DNA from: an uncultured Acidobacteriota bacterium
GTDB taxonomy: Bacteria > Acidobacteriota > Polarisedimenticolia > JACPZX01 > DASXTC01
Assembly: GCA_963806495.1 (NCBI GenBank)
Contig: CAWDYA010000001.1
Coordinates: 180,030-244,029 of the forward strand
Direction: 5' to 3'
DNA length: 64,000 nucleotides
Positions 8,360 to 18,724 of this stretch are shown one piece after another. The first letter of the stretch is position 1; the number at the start of each line of letters is the position of its first letter. The notes under the pieces were generated by a model. That model ran no database searches. It had not been told where the DNA came from and worked only from the letters and a program-made list of their open reading frames with translations. The position numbers were made by a program, and so were the translations under genes.

Positions 8360-10819
8360 GTGCGTATGATGCCCCGTATCGTCGTCTCTCTCGCCCTCGC
8401 GGCCGCCACGCTCGCCGCCTCCCCCGTCACGCCGCTGCCCGCGATCGCGACGCTGACCGCCGGGATGACGCGTCACGACGGCCTGATACCGTTCTATCTC
8501 GATCGGCAGCACGGCCGGGTCTTCATCGAGGTGCCGGCACCACGCGACGCAGCCGAGGGGTGGCGTTTTCTGTACGTCGAGGGTCTGGCCGGCGGGCTCG
8601 GATCGAACGACGTGGGACTCGACCGGGGGCAGATCGGCCCGGCACGGCTGGTGACGCTGCGGCGCGTAGGCGGGCGGCTGCTCGTTGAGGAGATCAACAC
8701 ACGGTTCCGCGCCCTGACCGACAACCCCGACGAGCGGCGCGCCGTGCGCGAGTCGTTCGCCGGCTCGGTGCTGTGGGGCGGCGAGGTGGCGGCCGAGGAT
8801 CCGGATGGCCGCATCCTGGTCGACTTCACCTCGTTCATCGCGCGCGACGCACATGGCTCCGCCGCCACGCTGGAGGCGACGGGTCAGGGCTCGTTCAGCC
8901 TCGACGCGGACCGCAGCGCCGTCGACCCGGACCGCTGTCTGGCGTTTCGCGACAACGTCGAGTTCGAGGCGGTGCTGACGCTCACCAGCGGGAAGCCGGG
9001 CCGCGAGGTGCGCTCGACCGTGCCGTCGCCCGATGCCGTGACGCTCGTGCAGCACCATTCCCTCTTGCGGCTGCCGGATGACGGGTATCACACGCGCCGG
9101 TTCGACCCGCGCGCCGGGTCGTTCGCCGTCACCTTCAGCGACTACGCCGCTCCGCTGGGCGCGCCGATCGAGAAACGCTTCATCGTGCGTCACCGGCTGG
9201 AGAAGGTCAATCCGCGCGCCGCCCGATCGAAGGTGAAGGAACCGATCGTCTACTACGTCGACCGCGGGGCGCCCGAGCCGATCCGCTCGGCGCTGATGGA
9301 AGGGGCGGGCTGGTGGGCTCAGGCGTTCGACGCCGCGGGATTCGTGGACGCCTTCAGGGTCGAGCTGCTGCCCGAGGGGGCCGACCCGCTCGACGCCCGG
9401 TACAACATGATCCAGTGGGTGCACCGCTCGACCCGCGGCTGGTCGTACGGCGGCGGCGTGGTCGATCCGCGCACCGGAGAGATGATCAAGGGGCACGTCA
9501 GCCTCGGGTCGCTTCGCGTGCGGCAGGACCGGCTGCTGTTCGAGGGGCTGGCGGGCACCGACGCCACCGGCACCGGCCGCGCCGACGATCCGATCGAGCT
9601 GGCGCTCGCGCGCATCCGCCAGCTGGCGGCGCACGAGGTGGGCCACACCCTCGGTCTCGACCACAACTTCGCCGCCAGCACCTACGGACGCGCCTCGGTG
9701 ATGGACTACCCGGCGCCCCTGATCGGGATCACGCCCGACGGGAAGCTCGACTTCTCGTCGGCGTACGCCGTCGGGATGGGCGCGTGGGACATTCAGGCGA
9801 TCCGGTACGCCTATTCGGAGTTCCCTCCCGGCACCGACGAGGACGCGGCGCTGGACGCGATCGTGCGCGACGGGCTGTCCAAGGGGTTGCTGTTTCTCAC
9901 CGACGAGGACGCGCGCCCGGCCGGCGCGGCCAACCCGCTGGCCAGCCTCTGGGACAATGGCGCCGACCCGGTGGAGGCGCTCGCGCACACGATCGAGGTA
10001 CGCCGCATCGCGCTGGAGAACTTCGGCGAGCGGTGCATCCGCAAGGGCGAGCCGCTGGCGTTGCTGGAGGAAGCCCTGGTGCCGGTCTACCTGCATCACC
10101 GGTACGAGCTCGACGCGGCGGTGAAGGTGGTAGGCGGCCTCGACTACACCTACGCGGTGCGCGGCGACGGCCAGCCGGGGGCCCGGATGATCGAGCCGCA
10201 ACGGCAGCGCCACGCACTCGACGTGATCCTGGGGCTGCTCGAGCCGCGGCAGCTCGACCTGCCCGAGCCGGTGCTGAAGATGATCCTGCCTCGCCCTCAC
10301 GGCTACGCGCCGCACAGGGAGCTGTTCAACGGCGACGCCGGGATGGTGTTCGACCCGCTGGCGGCCGCCGCGACCGCGTCGTCGATGGTGGTGTCGGGGC
10401 TGCTCAATCCCGAGCGTGACGCGCGGCTGGTGGACTTTCATCGCCGCGACCCGTCACAGCCCGGTCTGACGGCGGTTCTCGACGCGCTGGTGGCGAAGAC
10501 GTTCGAGACGCCGGCGCCGTCGTCGCCCCGGCTGGCCGCGCTGGCCCGTGTGGCGCGTCGCGCCGCCGCGGACGGGATCGTCTCCCTGTCGGCTGACCCG
10601 TCGGCGCCCTCGCGCGTGCGGGCCCCCGCCGAGGCGGCACTGCGCCGCATCCTGGAGATCCTGGGCTCGGGCAAGGCGGCGGATGAGACCGACGCCGCCG
10701 ACCGGGCAGCGCTTTCCGCCGACATCCATCGCGCGCTGGAGCGGCCGGCGGCGCCCTCGCCCGGCCCGCCTGCCGCGCACGAGCCACCACCGGGCAGCCC
10801 GATCGGCGGGGGGTCGTAG
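8360..10819 (+). CDS. Secreted zinc metalloprotease (DUF5117 + DUF4953/EcxA-like metzincin)
   Basis: AGGAG RBS, signal peptide, HEVGHTLGLDHNF, Met-turn SVMDYP. It is only the 3' part of ORF 5264..10819. Confidence 0.9.
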   Translation: MRMMPRIVVSLALAAATLAASPVTPLPAIATLTAGMTRHDGLIPFYLDRQHGRVFIEVPAPRDAAEGWRFLYVEGLAGGLGSNDVGLDRGQIGPARLVTLRRVGGRLLVEEINTRFRALTDNPDERRAVRESFAGSVLWGGEVAAEDPDGRILVDFTSFIARDAHGSAATLEATGQGSFSLDADRSAVDPDRCLAFRDNVEFEAVLTLTSGKPGREVRSTVPSPDAVTLVQHHSLLRLPDDGYHTRRFDPRAGSFAVTFSDYAAPLGAPIEKRFIVRHRLEKVNPRAARSKVKEPIVYYVDRGAPEPIRSALMEGAGWWAQAFDAAGFVDAFRVELLPEGADPLDARYNMIQWVHRSTRGWSYGGGVVDPRTGEMIKGHVSLGSLRVRQDRLLFEGLAGTDATGTGRADDPIELALARIRQLAAHEVGHTLGLDHNFAASTYGRASVMDYPAPLIGITPDGKLDFSSAYAVGMGAWDIQAIRYAYSEFPPGTDEDAALDAIVRDGLSKGLLFLTDEDARPAGAANPLASLWDNGADPVEALAHTIEVRRIALENFGERCIRKGEPLALLEEALVPVYLHHRYELDAAVKVVGGLDYTYAVRGDGQPGARMIEPQRQRHALDVILGLLEPRQLDLPEPVLKMILPRPHGYAPHRELFNGDAGMVFDPLAAAATASSMVVSGLLNPERDARLVDFHRRDPSQPGLTAVLDALVAKTFETPAPSSPRLAALARVARRAAADGIVSLSADPSAPSRVRAPAEAALRRILEILGSGKAADETDAADRAALSADIHRALERPAAPSPGPPAAHEPPPGSPIGGGS

Positions 10820-10876
10820 GGCTTTCCTCGAGCGGGATTCGGGCGTATGATGGCTGTACCCCGCACGGGGGACATC

Positions 10877-12601
10877 ATGCGCCGGATCGCCATCCTGACC
10901 ACCGCGCTCGTGATGGGCTGGTGCCCGCTTCGGGCCGCTGCGTCCACCCGGTATGACGCCATCCCGCCGGTCATCCCGCACCTGGCCTGGATACCGACCT
11001 GGCCACCCGACGGTGTGTCGCTGCAGCCGCTCTCGTTCCCGCCGCTGATCCCACCGGGCTGCCCGAACAACCCGGCCATCGATGCGCCGGGAGTGTTGTG
11101 CGAGGACTTCGACACCGACAGAAACGGCGTGCCCGGGATCCAGTGGAGCCGTCTCCCCGTGGCCGTCGACCCGAACGACCCGCTTCGCGCGATCGGCGAC
11201 CCTGACGACGACATCCTCGGTTACACGCAGGGCACCGGCGCCGCCCCGACCGGCACCGGCGCGGTCACGTGCCCTGGGGACGCCGCGGGTGGATATGACA
11301 CGTGCGTCCCGGTGGCCGAGGAGAACGACTGGCACCTGCACTCGCCCAGCGAGGGGCCGGGCGGCGGCTATACGCCTCCGGGACGGCCCGTTGCGGGCGC
11401 TCCCGACGGGGGCAAGGCGCACGGCGGTCTCCGTTCCATGCATATGGGGAGGCATCTGGATCCCACCTACACCCTCGCCGATACGATCCGTTTCCGTCAG
11501 GTCTCGGCCTTCGTCCTCGATTCGCAGGGCGATCCGAATCTGCCGGGACTCGTGCCGGGGCCTGCGACCAGCCTGGAGTTCTGGCACATGATCACGATGC
11601 CGGATGACGAGGGGATCGGTCATGGCTTCATCCGCGACGGCGAGACGTTCGGAGGAGGACAGGTTCAGATCAGCCTGCTGGAGGCGGACGGACGGTTCGA
11701 CCGCTGGCGGCGCCTGACACCCGGGTTCAACGGCTACGACTCGACCGATCAGGTCGGGATCAGCCTCTGTGGCTTCGATCCGACCGACGATGCGGTGATC
11801 GCCGACGACCTGACGCTGTGCGACCACGGCCAGCTGTGGGCCGACCTGGGCGATGTCAGGGGAACCGACGCCACCTGCACCACCGACACCGACGCCAACG
11901 ATCCCCTGCACAAGGACTGCGGCGCCATCTCGAGCTGCACGGGCGGGCCCGGCTGCACGGAGAACGGCTCGCTCGGCGTGGGCGTGTGGGCGCGCTCGGC
12001 CTTCGACCTCTCACCGTTCGCCGGGCGCGTGGCGCGACTGCGCTGGATCGGGATGGTGGAAGGAGGCTGGTCGTTCGGCATCAGCCGGTCGTTCTTCGAG
12101 CCCCAACCGGGCGGCGTGGCCTACCAGTACTTCGAGGGGGACGACGGCTGGTGGATCGACGACATCGTGCTGACCGACCTGCGCGCCGCGGGGCTGCCCT
12201 GCACCGACGACACCGATGGCGACGGTGCGGCCAACTGCGCCGACTGTGCCACTGCGGATCCGGATCGGTGGGCCAGCCCGGGGGAGGTGCGCTACGTCGC
12301 CTTCCTCTCCGACGCCGCGACGCTGACATGGCAGCCTCCGCAGCTTCCCGGAGCCATCGCGCTGACGTACGACACGATCCGCTCTCGACACCCATCGGAT
12401 TTCTATGGCTACTGGCCCGGCGACACGACGTGCATCGAGTCGGACGACGGCTCCGACACGAGCGCGGTCGATACGGAGACACCAGCCGTCGGCGAGGCGT
12501 TCTACTATCTGACCCGGGCCGCCAATCCCTGCCCGCAGTCCGAAGGGCCGGTAGGGTTTTCCACCATCGGCGTGCCGCGCAAGGCGCGCCCCTGCCCGTA
12601 A
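10877..12601 (+). CDS. Secreted Cys/Asp-rich protein with a beta-sandwich domain, a TSP3-like DxDGDG repeat and a conserved-looking C-terminal domain
   Basis: Signal peptide MRRIAILTTALV; LEFWH...GGQVQIS...FDLSPFAGRVARLRW...DDGWWIDDI; DTDGDGAANCADC; FYYLTRAANPC...GVPRKARPCP. Confidence 0.75.
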   Translation: MRRIAILTTALVMGWCPLRAAASTRYDAIPPVIPHLAWIPTWPPDGVSLQPLSFPPLIPPGCPNNPAIDAPGVLCEDFDTDRNGVPGIQWSRLPVAVDPNDPLRAIGDPDDDILGYTQGTGAAPTGTGAVTCPGDAAGGYDTCVPVAEENDWHLHSPSEGPGGGYTPPGRPVAGAPDGGKAHGGLRSMHMGRHLDPTYTLADTIRFRQVSAFVLDSQGDPNLPGLVPGPATSLEFWHMITMPDDEGIGHGFIRDGETFGGGQVQISLLEADGRFDRWRRLTPGFNGYDSTDQVGISLCGFDPTDDAVIADDLTLCDHGQLWADLGDVRGTDATCTTDTDANDPLHKDCGAISSCTGGPGCTENGSLGVGVWARSAFDLSPFAGRVARLRWIGMVEGGWSFGISRSFFEPQPGGVAYQYFEGDDGWWIDDIVLTDLRAAGLPCTDDTDGDGAANCADCATADPDRWASPGEVRYVAFLSDAATLTWQPPQLPGAIALTYDTIRSRHPSDFYGYWPGDTTCIESDDGSDTSAVDTETPAVGEAFYYLTRAANPCPQSEGPVGFSTIGVPRKARPCP

Positions 12602-12628
12602 CCCGATACGACCGCCGGCGTCGTACCG

Positions 12629-12768
12629 ACCCGGTGAGATCACGCGCCCCGAGGGCGTCGCGGACCGAGCCGTCCGCCGCGCCGGGCGCGGCGGCGAGGG
12701 AGCGCGAGGGGGGTGCGCCGCACGGGCGGCGCGCAACCCCGACCCGAGGGGGCGTGAGCTCACCGGGT
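12629..12768. repeat. About 140 bp intergenic element with near-perfect 21 bp terminal inverted repeats and internal hairpins (MITE/REP-like or structured RNA)
   Basis: ACCCGGTGAGATCACGCGCCCC (12629-12650) pairs with GGGGGCGTGAGCTCACCGGGT (12748-12768). It shares 27 nt with 42555-42581. Confidence 0.6.
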
Positions 12769-12824
12769 GGGCGGCCGCATCTGCCATAATGGGGGCTCAC
12801 CGACGTGACGAGAAAGGAGCTCCC

Positions 12825-13838
12825 ATGAAGTACACCCGTCTGGGCGGGACCGGCCTGGAGGTCTCCCGCATCTGTCTCGGCTGCATGACCTACGGCGACA
12901 CCGCCTGGCGCCCCTGGGTCCTCGACGAATCCGAAGCCCGCGCGCACTTCAAGGCCGCGTTCGACGCCGGCATCAACTTCTTCGACACCGCCGATATGTA
13001 CTCGCGCGGCCGCAGCGAGGAGATCACGGGCTCGCTGCTGCGCGAGATGTCCCCACGCGAGGACTACGTCCTCGCCACCAAGGTGTACTTTCCCTGGGGC
13101 AAGGGCCCCAACAAGGGCGGCCTGTCCCGCAAGCACATCCTGGACGCCTGCAACGCATCGCTCAAACGCCTCGGTGTCGATTACATCGACCTGTACCAGA
13201 TCCACCGCTATGACTTCAACACGCCGATCGAGGAGACGCTCGAAGCGCTCGACTCGCTCGTGCGCGCCGGCAAGGTGCGGTACCTGGGCGCCTCCAGCAT
13301 GGCGGCGTGGCAGCTCGCCAAGGCGCTGTTCACCGCCGGCGCCCGCGGCTGGCACCGGTTCGTCTCGATGCAGAACCACTTCAACCTCGTGTACCGCGAG
13401 GAGGAGCGCGAGATGATCCCGCTGTGTCTCGACCAGAGTGTCGGCGTCATCCCCTGGAGCCCGCTCGCGCGCGGATTCCTGGGCGGCCGGCGCACCCGGC
13501 AGGAGCCGCGTCCCACCAAGCGCGCCAACGCCGACGAGTTCGCCGACCGGATGTACTACCAGGAGTCGGACTATCAGGTGCTCGACGCGCTGAGGAAAGT
13601 GGCCGAGGCCCGCGGGGTCAAGCCCGCCCAGGCGGCGCTCGCCTGGATCCTGTCGGTGCCCGGCGTGACCGCGCCGATCATCGGGGCCAGCAAGGTGGAG
13701 TACATCAACGATGCCGCCGAGGCGGTCGGGATCGCCCTGACCGCCGAGGAGATCGCCGCGCTGGAGAAGCCTTACGCGCCGCACGGGATCCTGGGCCACG
13801 ACCAGCCCGCCCCGCGGGGCCCTCTGCCCGTCAGATGA
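12825..13838 (+). CDS. Aldo/keto reductase
   Basis: AAAGGAG RBS; VSRICLGCMT, FFDTADMY, LATK, YIDLYQIHR, IPWSPLARG. Confidence 0.95.
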   Translation: MKYTRLGGTGLEVSRICLGCMTYGDTAWRPWVLDESEARAHFKAAFDAGINFFDTADMYSRGRSEEITGSLLREMSPREDYVLATKVYFPWGKGPNKGGLSRKHILDACNASLKRLGVDYIDLYQIHRYDFNTPIEETLEALDSLVRAGKVRYLGASSMAAWQLAKALFTAGARGWHRFVSMQNHFNLVYREEEREMIPLCLDQSVGVIPWSPLARGFLGGRRTRQEPRPTKRANADEFADRMYYQESDYQVLDALRKVAEARGVKPAQAALAWILSVPGVTAPIIGASKVEYINDAAEAVGIALTAEEIAALEKPYAPHGILGHDQPAPRGPLPVR

Positions 13839-13928
13839 GACGATGGCGCATCTCTGGTACCATGGCCGGGAGCGGGCGGCCCCCGCTTCCGGCCCTCACC
13901 ATCACATGAAGCCCAGGAGACGATCACG

Positions 13929-15614
13929 ATGCGCAGAATCCTTCCCGCAGCGCCCCTGCTCGCCGGCGCCGCCGCCCTCGCACTCATCGCCTGCCAGGCG
14001 CCCGAGCCCCCGGCCCAGGACCAGGCGGCCCCGGACATGAGCCAGCAAAGCGACATCAAGGACCGGCTCGCGGAGTACGCCCCCTTCACCCTCACAACCG
14101 ACATGAGCGCGCTCACCGAGAAGCAGCGGCAGATGATCCCGCTTCTGATCGACGCGGCGAAGGAGATGGACGCGCTGTACTGGAAGCAGGCGTACGGCGA
14201 CAAGGAGGCACTCCTCGCCAAGGCTGACGACCCCGACCTGCGGCGCTTCCTCGAGATCAACTACGGCCCCTGGGACCGGCTGTCGGACAACGAGCCGTTC
14301 ATGGAGGGCGTCGGCCCGAAGCCGAAAGGGGCCAATTTCTACCCGGTCGACATGACGCGCGAGGAGTTCGACGCCGCCTGCGCCGCCTCCGAGGAGAAGG
14401 CGAAGGCGCTCAAGGATCTGTACACGATCGTCCGGCGTGACGCGCAGGGCGGGCTCGAGGCGGTGCCCTACTCGAAGGCGTTCGCCGACGGGCTGACCCG
14501 TGCCGCCGGCAAGCTGCGCGAGGCGGCGAAGCTGGCCGAGGACCCGGGGCTGAAGAAGTATCTCGAGCTCCGGGCCGACGCGCTTCTATCGGACGACTAC
14601 CGGCCCAGCGATTTCGCCTGGATGGAGATGAAGGACAACGGCGTCGACATCGTCATCGGCCCGATCGAGACATACGAGGATCAGCTCTACGGCTACAAGG
14701 CATCGTTCGAGGCGTACGTCCTGGTGAAGGACAAGGAGTGGAGCGAGCGTCTGTCCCGCTACATCGCGATGCTGCCGGATCTCCAGAAGGGGCTGCCCGT
14801 GCCCGACGAGTACAAGAAGGAGACCCCCGGCACCGAGTCGGATCTCAACGCCTACGACGCGCTGTACTACGCGGGCGACTGCAACGCCGGCGCCAAGACG
14901 ATCGCGATCAACCTGCCCAACGACGAGGAGGTGCAACTCTCCAAGGGAACCCGGCGTCTGCAGCTCAAGAACGCCATGCGCGCCAAGTTCGACAAGATCA
15001 TGGTGCCGATCGCCGACCGGCTGATCGCCGAGGACCAGAGAAGCCACGTCACCTTCGACGCCTTCTTCGCCAACACGATGTTCCACGAGGTGGCGCACGG
15101 GCTGGGGATCAAGAACACGATCGACGGCAAGGGGACGGTGCGCGAGGCGCTGAAGGACCGTGCCGGCTCGCTGGAGGAAGGCAAGGCCGACGTGCTCGGC
15201 CTGTACATGGTCACACAGCTCATCAAGAAGCACGAGCTGGGCGATGCCGACGTGCGCGATAACTATGTCACCTTCCTGGCGGGGATCTTCCGCTCGGTGC
15301 GGTTCGGCGCGGCCGACGCCCACGGGCGCGCCAACATGGCCCGGTTCAACTTCTTCAAGCAGATGGGGGCCTTCAGCCGCGACGAGGCGACCGGCACGTA
15401 TCGCGTCGACTTCGACAGGATGGAGGCGGCCATGAACGCTCTGTCGGAGAAGATCCTCACCTTCCAGGGAAACGGCGACTACGAGGGTGTGGGCGCCTTC
15501 ATGGAGGAGATGGGGGTCATCGGGCCCGAGCTGCAGGCCGGCCTCGACAGCCTCTCCTCGGCCGGCATCCCCGTCGACATCGTCTTCGAGCAGGGCATGC
15601 AGGCGCTGCGCTAG
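13929..15614 (+). CDS. Dipeptidyl peptidase III-like (M49) zinc peptidase, lipoprotein
   Basis: Lipobox LALIAC; IGPIETYED, AINLPND, HEVAHGLG, EEGKAD. Confidence 0.85.
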   Translation: MRRILPAAPLLAGAAALALIACQAPEPPAQDQAAPDMSQQSDIKDRLAEYAPFTLTTDMSALTEKQRQMIPLLIDAAKEMDALYWKQAYGDKEALLAKADDPDLRRFLEINYGPWDRLSDNEPFMEGVGPKPKGANFYPVDMTREEFDAACAASEEKAKALKDLYTIVRRDAQGGLEAVPYSKAFADGLTRAAGKLREAAKLAEDPGLKKYLELRADALLSDDYRPSDFAWMEMKDNGVDIVIGPIETYEDQLYGYKASFEAYVLVKDKEWSERLSRYIAMLPDLQKGLPVPDEYKKETPGTESDLNAYDALYYAGDCNAGAKTIAINLPNDEEVQLSKGTRRLQLKNAMRAKFDKIMVPIADRLIAEDQRSHVTFDAFFANTMFHEVAHGLGIKNTIDGKGTVREALKDRAGSLEEGKADVLGLYMVTQLIKKHELGDADVRDNYVTFLAGIFRSVRFGAADAHGRANMARFNFFKQMGAFSRDEATGTYRVDFDRMEAAMNALSEKILTFQGNGDYEGVGAFMEEMGVIGPELQAGLDSLSSAGIPVDIVFEQGMQALR

Positions 15615-15626
15615 AATGGGCGACCT

Positions 15627-16352
15627 ATGAGCACCGAAGGCGGCAGGATGGAGGTCGACGTCCACGAGCGCAGCGTCGCTCGCAACGGCGTCAAGCAGGA
15701 GATCAACGAACGGCTGTTCATGCAGCTCCTCGTCTTCACGGGGGCCGCGGACGAGGCCAGCCTGACCCAGGCCGCCGAAGCGGCCGGCATGGATCTGGTG
15801 CTTTACCGCGATCTGTCCGACCCCCGTGGCGTGGGGCTGCTGGCGATGAGCGTCGACCCGGCGCACTTCGTCACGCGCGTGCGTGACTTCGTCAACAGCG
15901 GCTCGTTCGCCTCGCTGCGGCCCCGCACCGAGCTCACGATGACCGGCCGCAGCTACGCGATCGGGTACGAGCCCGACCTGAAGGACTGGCTGATCGAGAA
16001 GCCCCGCCGCACGGTGCTCAACCACGAGTGGCCTTGGGCGGTCTGGTACCCGCTGCGCCGCACCGGGTCGTTCGCCTCGCTGGGGCCGCAGGAGCAGCGC
16101 GGCATCCTCGCCGAGCACGCCCGGATCGGTATCGCCTACGGTGAGGCGGATCTCGCGCACGACATCCGACTCGCCTGTCACGGCATCGACGCAGCCGACA
16201 ACGAGTTCGTCATCGGCCTGGTGGGGAGCCATCTGCACCCGCTGTCGCACCTGGTGCAGACCATGCGCAAGACGCGGCAGACCTCGGAGTACATTCAGTC
16301 CATGGGGCCATTCTTCGTGGGGCATGCCCTGTGGCAGAGCCCCGCGGGCTGA
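15627..16352 (+). CDS. Chlorite dismutase-family heme protein, coproheme decarboxylase (ChdC/HemQ)-like
   Basis: WYPLRR...EQRGILAEH (proximal His)...HGID..DNEFVIG...LVQTMR...GPFFVG. Confidence 0.75.
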   Translation: MSTEGGRMEVDVHERSVARNGVKQEINERLFMQLLVFTGAADEASLTQAAEAAGMDLVLYRDLSDPRGVGLLAMSVDPAHFVTRVRDFVNSGSFASLRPRTELTMTGRSYAIGYEPDLKDWLIEKPRRTVLNHEWPWAVWYPLRRTGSFASLGPQEQRGILAEHARIGIAYGEADLAHDIRLACHGIDAADNEFVIGLVGSHLHPLSHLVQTMRKTRQTSEYIQSMGPFFVGHALWQSPAG

Positions 16353-18712
16353 TCCGAAGCCGTCTCGCCCTGATCCTGTTCTGCCTGGCGCCGGCCGCGC
16401 CGGCCGTCACATCCCATGCCCTCGCGGACGAGGCGGCCGCTACGCGGCCGCCCGTGGACATCCCCCGCGCTACCGGCCCGATCAAGGTCGACGGGGTGCT
16501 CGACGAGCCCGCATGGGCTTCGGCGCTCGAGCTGCACATCCCGTTCGAGGTCTCCCCGGCTGACAACATCCCCGCCCGCGTGCTCACCGACGTCCGTCTC
16601 ACCTACGATGACTCGGGCTTCTATCTGGCTTTTGTGGCCCACGACCCCGACCCGGATCGTATCCGGGCCCGGATCAGCGACCGCGACACAGCGTTCCAGG
16701 ACGACTTCGTGGGCGTTGCGCTCGATACCTTCAACGACGGCCGGAGGGGATTCGAGTTCTTCGTCAACCCGCTCGGCGTGCAGATGGACCTGACGATCGA
16801 CGACCTGGGAAACGGCGAGGACGAGTCGTGGGACGCTATCTGGGATTCGGCGGGGCGGCTGACGCCCGACGGTTACGTCGTCGAGATGTCGCTGCCGTAC
16901 ACCTCGCTTCGGTTCCAGCGGGGCGGGGGCAGCCAGATCTGGGGGCTGGATCTGGTGCGGGTGTATCCGCGGGATCGTCGCTACATCCTCGGGATGAACC
17001 GGCGCGACCCGAAGATCTCCTGCTATCTGTGCCAGATCGGCAAGGTGTCCGGCTTCGAGGGGGCCGAGCCCGGCCTGAACCTCGAGGTCACGCCGACGCT
17101 GACCGCGACGCGCACCGACACCACACCGACGGAACAGGACGCCGGTGTCGCCGTGGGCCCGGACTATGCCGGCGATCGGTATATCGGGGAGGGGCTCGTC
17201 CACGGCGATCCCGACTACGAGCTGGGGGTGACCGGGCGATGGGGCATGACGCCCAACCTGACGCTGTCCGGGACGATCAACCCCGACTTCTCGCAGGTCG
17301 AGGCCGATGCGGCGCAGCTCGACGTCAACGAGCAGTTCAACCTGTTCTACCCGGAGAAGCGGCCGTTCTTTCTCGAGGGCGCCGACTTCTTCACCACGCC
17401 GATCCAGGCGGTCTACACCCGCACCGTCTCCGACCCGTCGTGGGGGGTGAAGCTCACCGGCAAGGAAGGGCGAAACGCCATCGGGGCGTTCGTGTCGCGC
17501 GACGATCAGACCAACCTGATCTTCCCCGGCAGCCAGGGCTCGTCTTCCGGCTCGATCGCCGATCAGTCGACGGTGGGCGTCTTCCGGTACCGGCGCGACA
17601 TCGGGAAGAGCTCCGCGATCGGCGGCCTGGTCACCGTCCGCGAGGGGGACACCGACCGCGAAGGGGACGGCTATCACAACCGTGTCGCGGGAATCGACAC
17701 CCTGCTGCACCCTGCGAAACCGGACACGCTACGTTTCCAGGCGCTCGTCTCGCAGACGAGATATCCCGGGTCGATCGCGGAAGACCCCGACCTGGGACAG
17801 CCGTCCGGCGACTTCGCCGGCCACGCGATCGAGGCCAGCTACACCCACGAGATCCGCGAGTGGTCGGTCTGGACCAACTACGAGGACATCTCGGCCGACT
17901 TCCGCGCTGACCTCGGGTTCGTCCCGCAGGTCGACTACCGCAAGCCGCACGTCGGCTACGAGTACCGGTGGTGGGGCGATCCGAACGACTGGTACCTGCG
18001 CTTCGAAGCGGGCGGCAATTACGGGGAGACGCACGACCAGTCGGGCACGTTGATCGTCAAGGAGCTCGAGACCTGGTACACCTTCCGTGGCGCGGCACAG
18101 TCGTACGCGCGCCTCACCCTGGGGCGCGACGTCAGCGCATACCGGGCCGCCGTCTTCCAGCAGCCGTACTGGGACGTCCGCACCAACTTCCAGCCGGGTG
18201 ACGACGTGGAGGTCGGATTCACCTATGAGCGCGGCAACAAGGTCGACTACTCCTACGTCGACCCGAACCATGCGATGACAGCGCGCGAGGGACGCGGCAC
18301 CCGGATCACGCAGTATCTCGATTACCGCCCCGGGCGCCACGTGACGATGAACCTGAACACCGAGATCCGGAGGCTGGACGGGTCGGGGGGACGATTCTTC
18401 CGGGCGAGCCAGGCGGAGCTGCGGGTGGTCTACCAGATAAACGTCAGGACGTTCGTCCGCGCCATCCTGCAGTACCAGACGCTCAAACGCGACCTGACTC
18501 TCTATCCGGCCTGCGACCCGAACCAGCCGCCATGCGATCTCGCCGCCGAGTCGAACGACCTGTTCACGCAGCTTCTCTTCTCGTACAAGGTCAATCCGCA
18601 GACCGCCGTGTTCGTCGGCTACTCGGACGCCCGCGCCGGAGACATCGACACCCCTCTGACGCTTACCGATCGCACCTATTTCTTCAAGGTCGGCTACGCC
18701 TGGGTGCGTTGA
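16331..18712 (+). CDS. CBM9-like / DUF5916 outer-membrane protein
   Basis: IKVDGVLDEPAW, LDTFND...FFVNPLGVQ, TINPDFSQVEAD, LFYPEKRPFFLEG, C-terminal YFFKVGYAW. Confidence 0.85.
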   Translation: MAEPRGLIRSRLALILFCLAPAAPAVTSHALADEAAATRPPVDIPRATGPIKVDGVLDEPAWASALELHIPFEVSPADNIPARVLTDVRLTYDDSGFYLAFVAHDPDPDRIRARISDRDTAFQDDFVGVALDTFNDGRRGFEFFVNPLGVQMDLTIDDLGNGEDESWDAIWDSAGRLTPDGYVVEMSLPYTSLRFQRGGGSQIWGLDLVRVYPRDRRYILGMNRRDPKISCYLCQIGKVSGFEGAEPGLNLEVTPTLTATRTDTTPTEQDAGVAVGPDYAGDRYIGEGLVHGDPDYELGVTGRWGMTPNLTLSGTINPDFSQVEADAAQLDVNEQFNLFYPEKRPFFLEGADFFTTPIQAVYTRTVSDPSWGVKLTGKEGRNAIGAFVSRDDQTNLIFPGSQGSSSGSIADQSTVGVFRYRRDIGKSSAIGGLVTVREGDTDREGDGYHNRVAGIDTLLHPAKPDTLRFQALVSQTRYPGSIAEDPDLGQPSGDFAGHAIEASYTHEIREWSVWTNYEDISADFRADLGFVPQVDYRKPHVGYEYRWWGDPNDWYLRFEAGGNYGETHDQSGTLIVKELETWYTFRGAAQSYARLTLGRDVSAYRAAVFQQPYWDVRTNFQPGDDVEVGFTYERGNKVDYSYVDPNHAMTAREGRGTRITQYLDYRPGRHVTMNLNTEIRRLDGSGGRFFRASQAELRVVYQINVRTFVRAILQYQTLKRDLTLYPACDPNQPPCDLAAESNDLFTQLLFSYKVNPQTAVFVGYSDARAGDIDTPLTLTDRTYFFKVGYAWVR

Positions 18713-18724
18713 CCCGGGCCGAGC

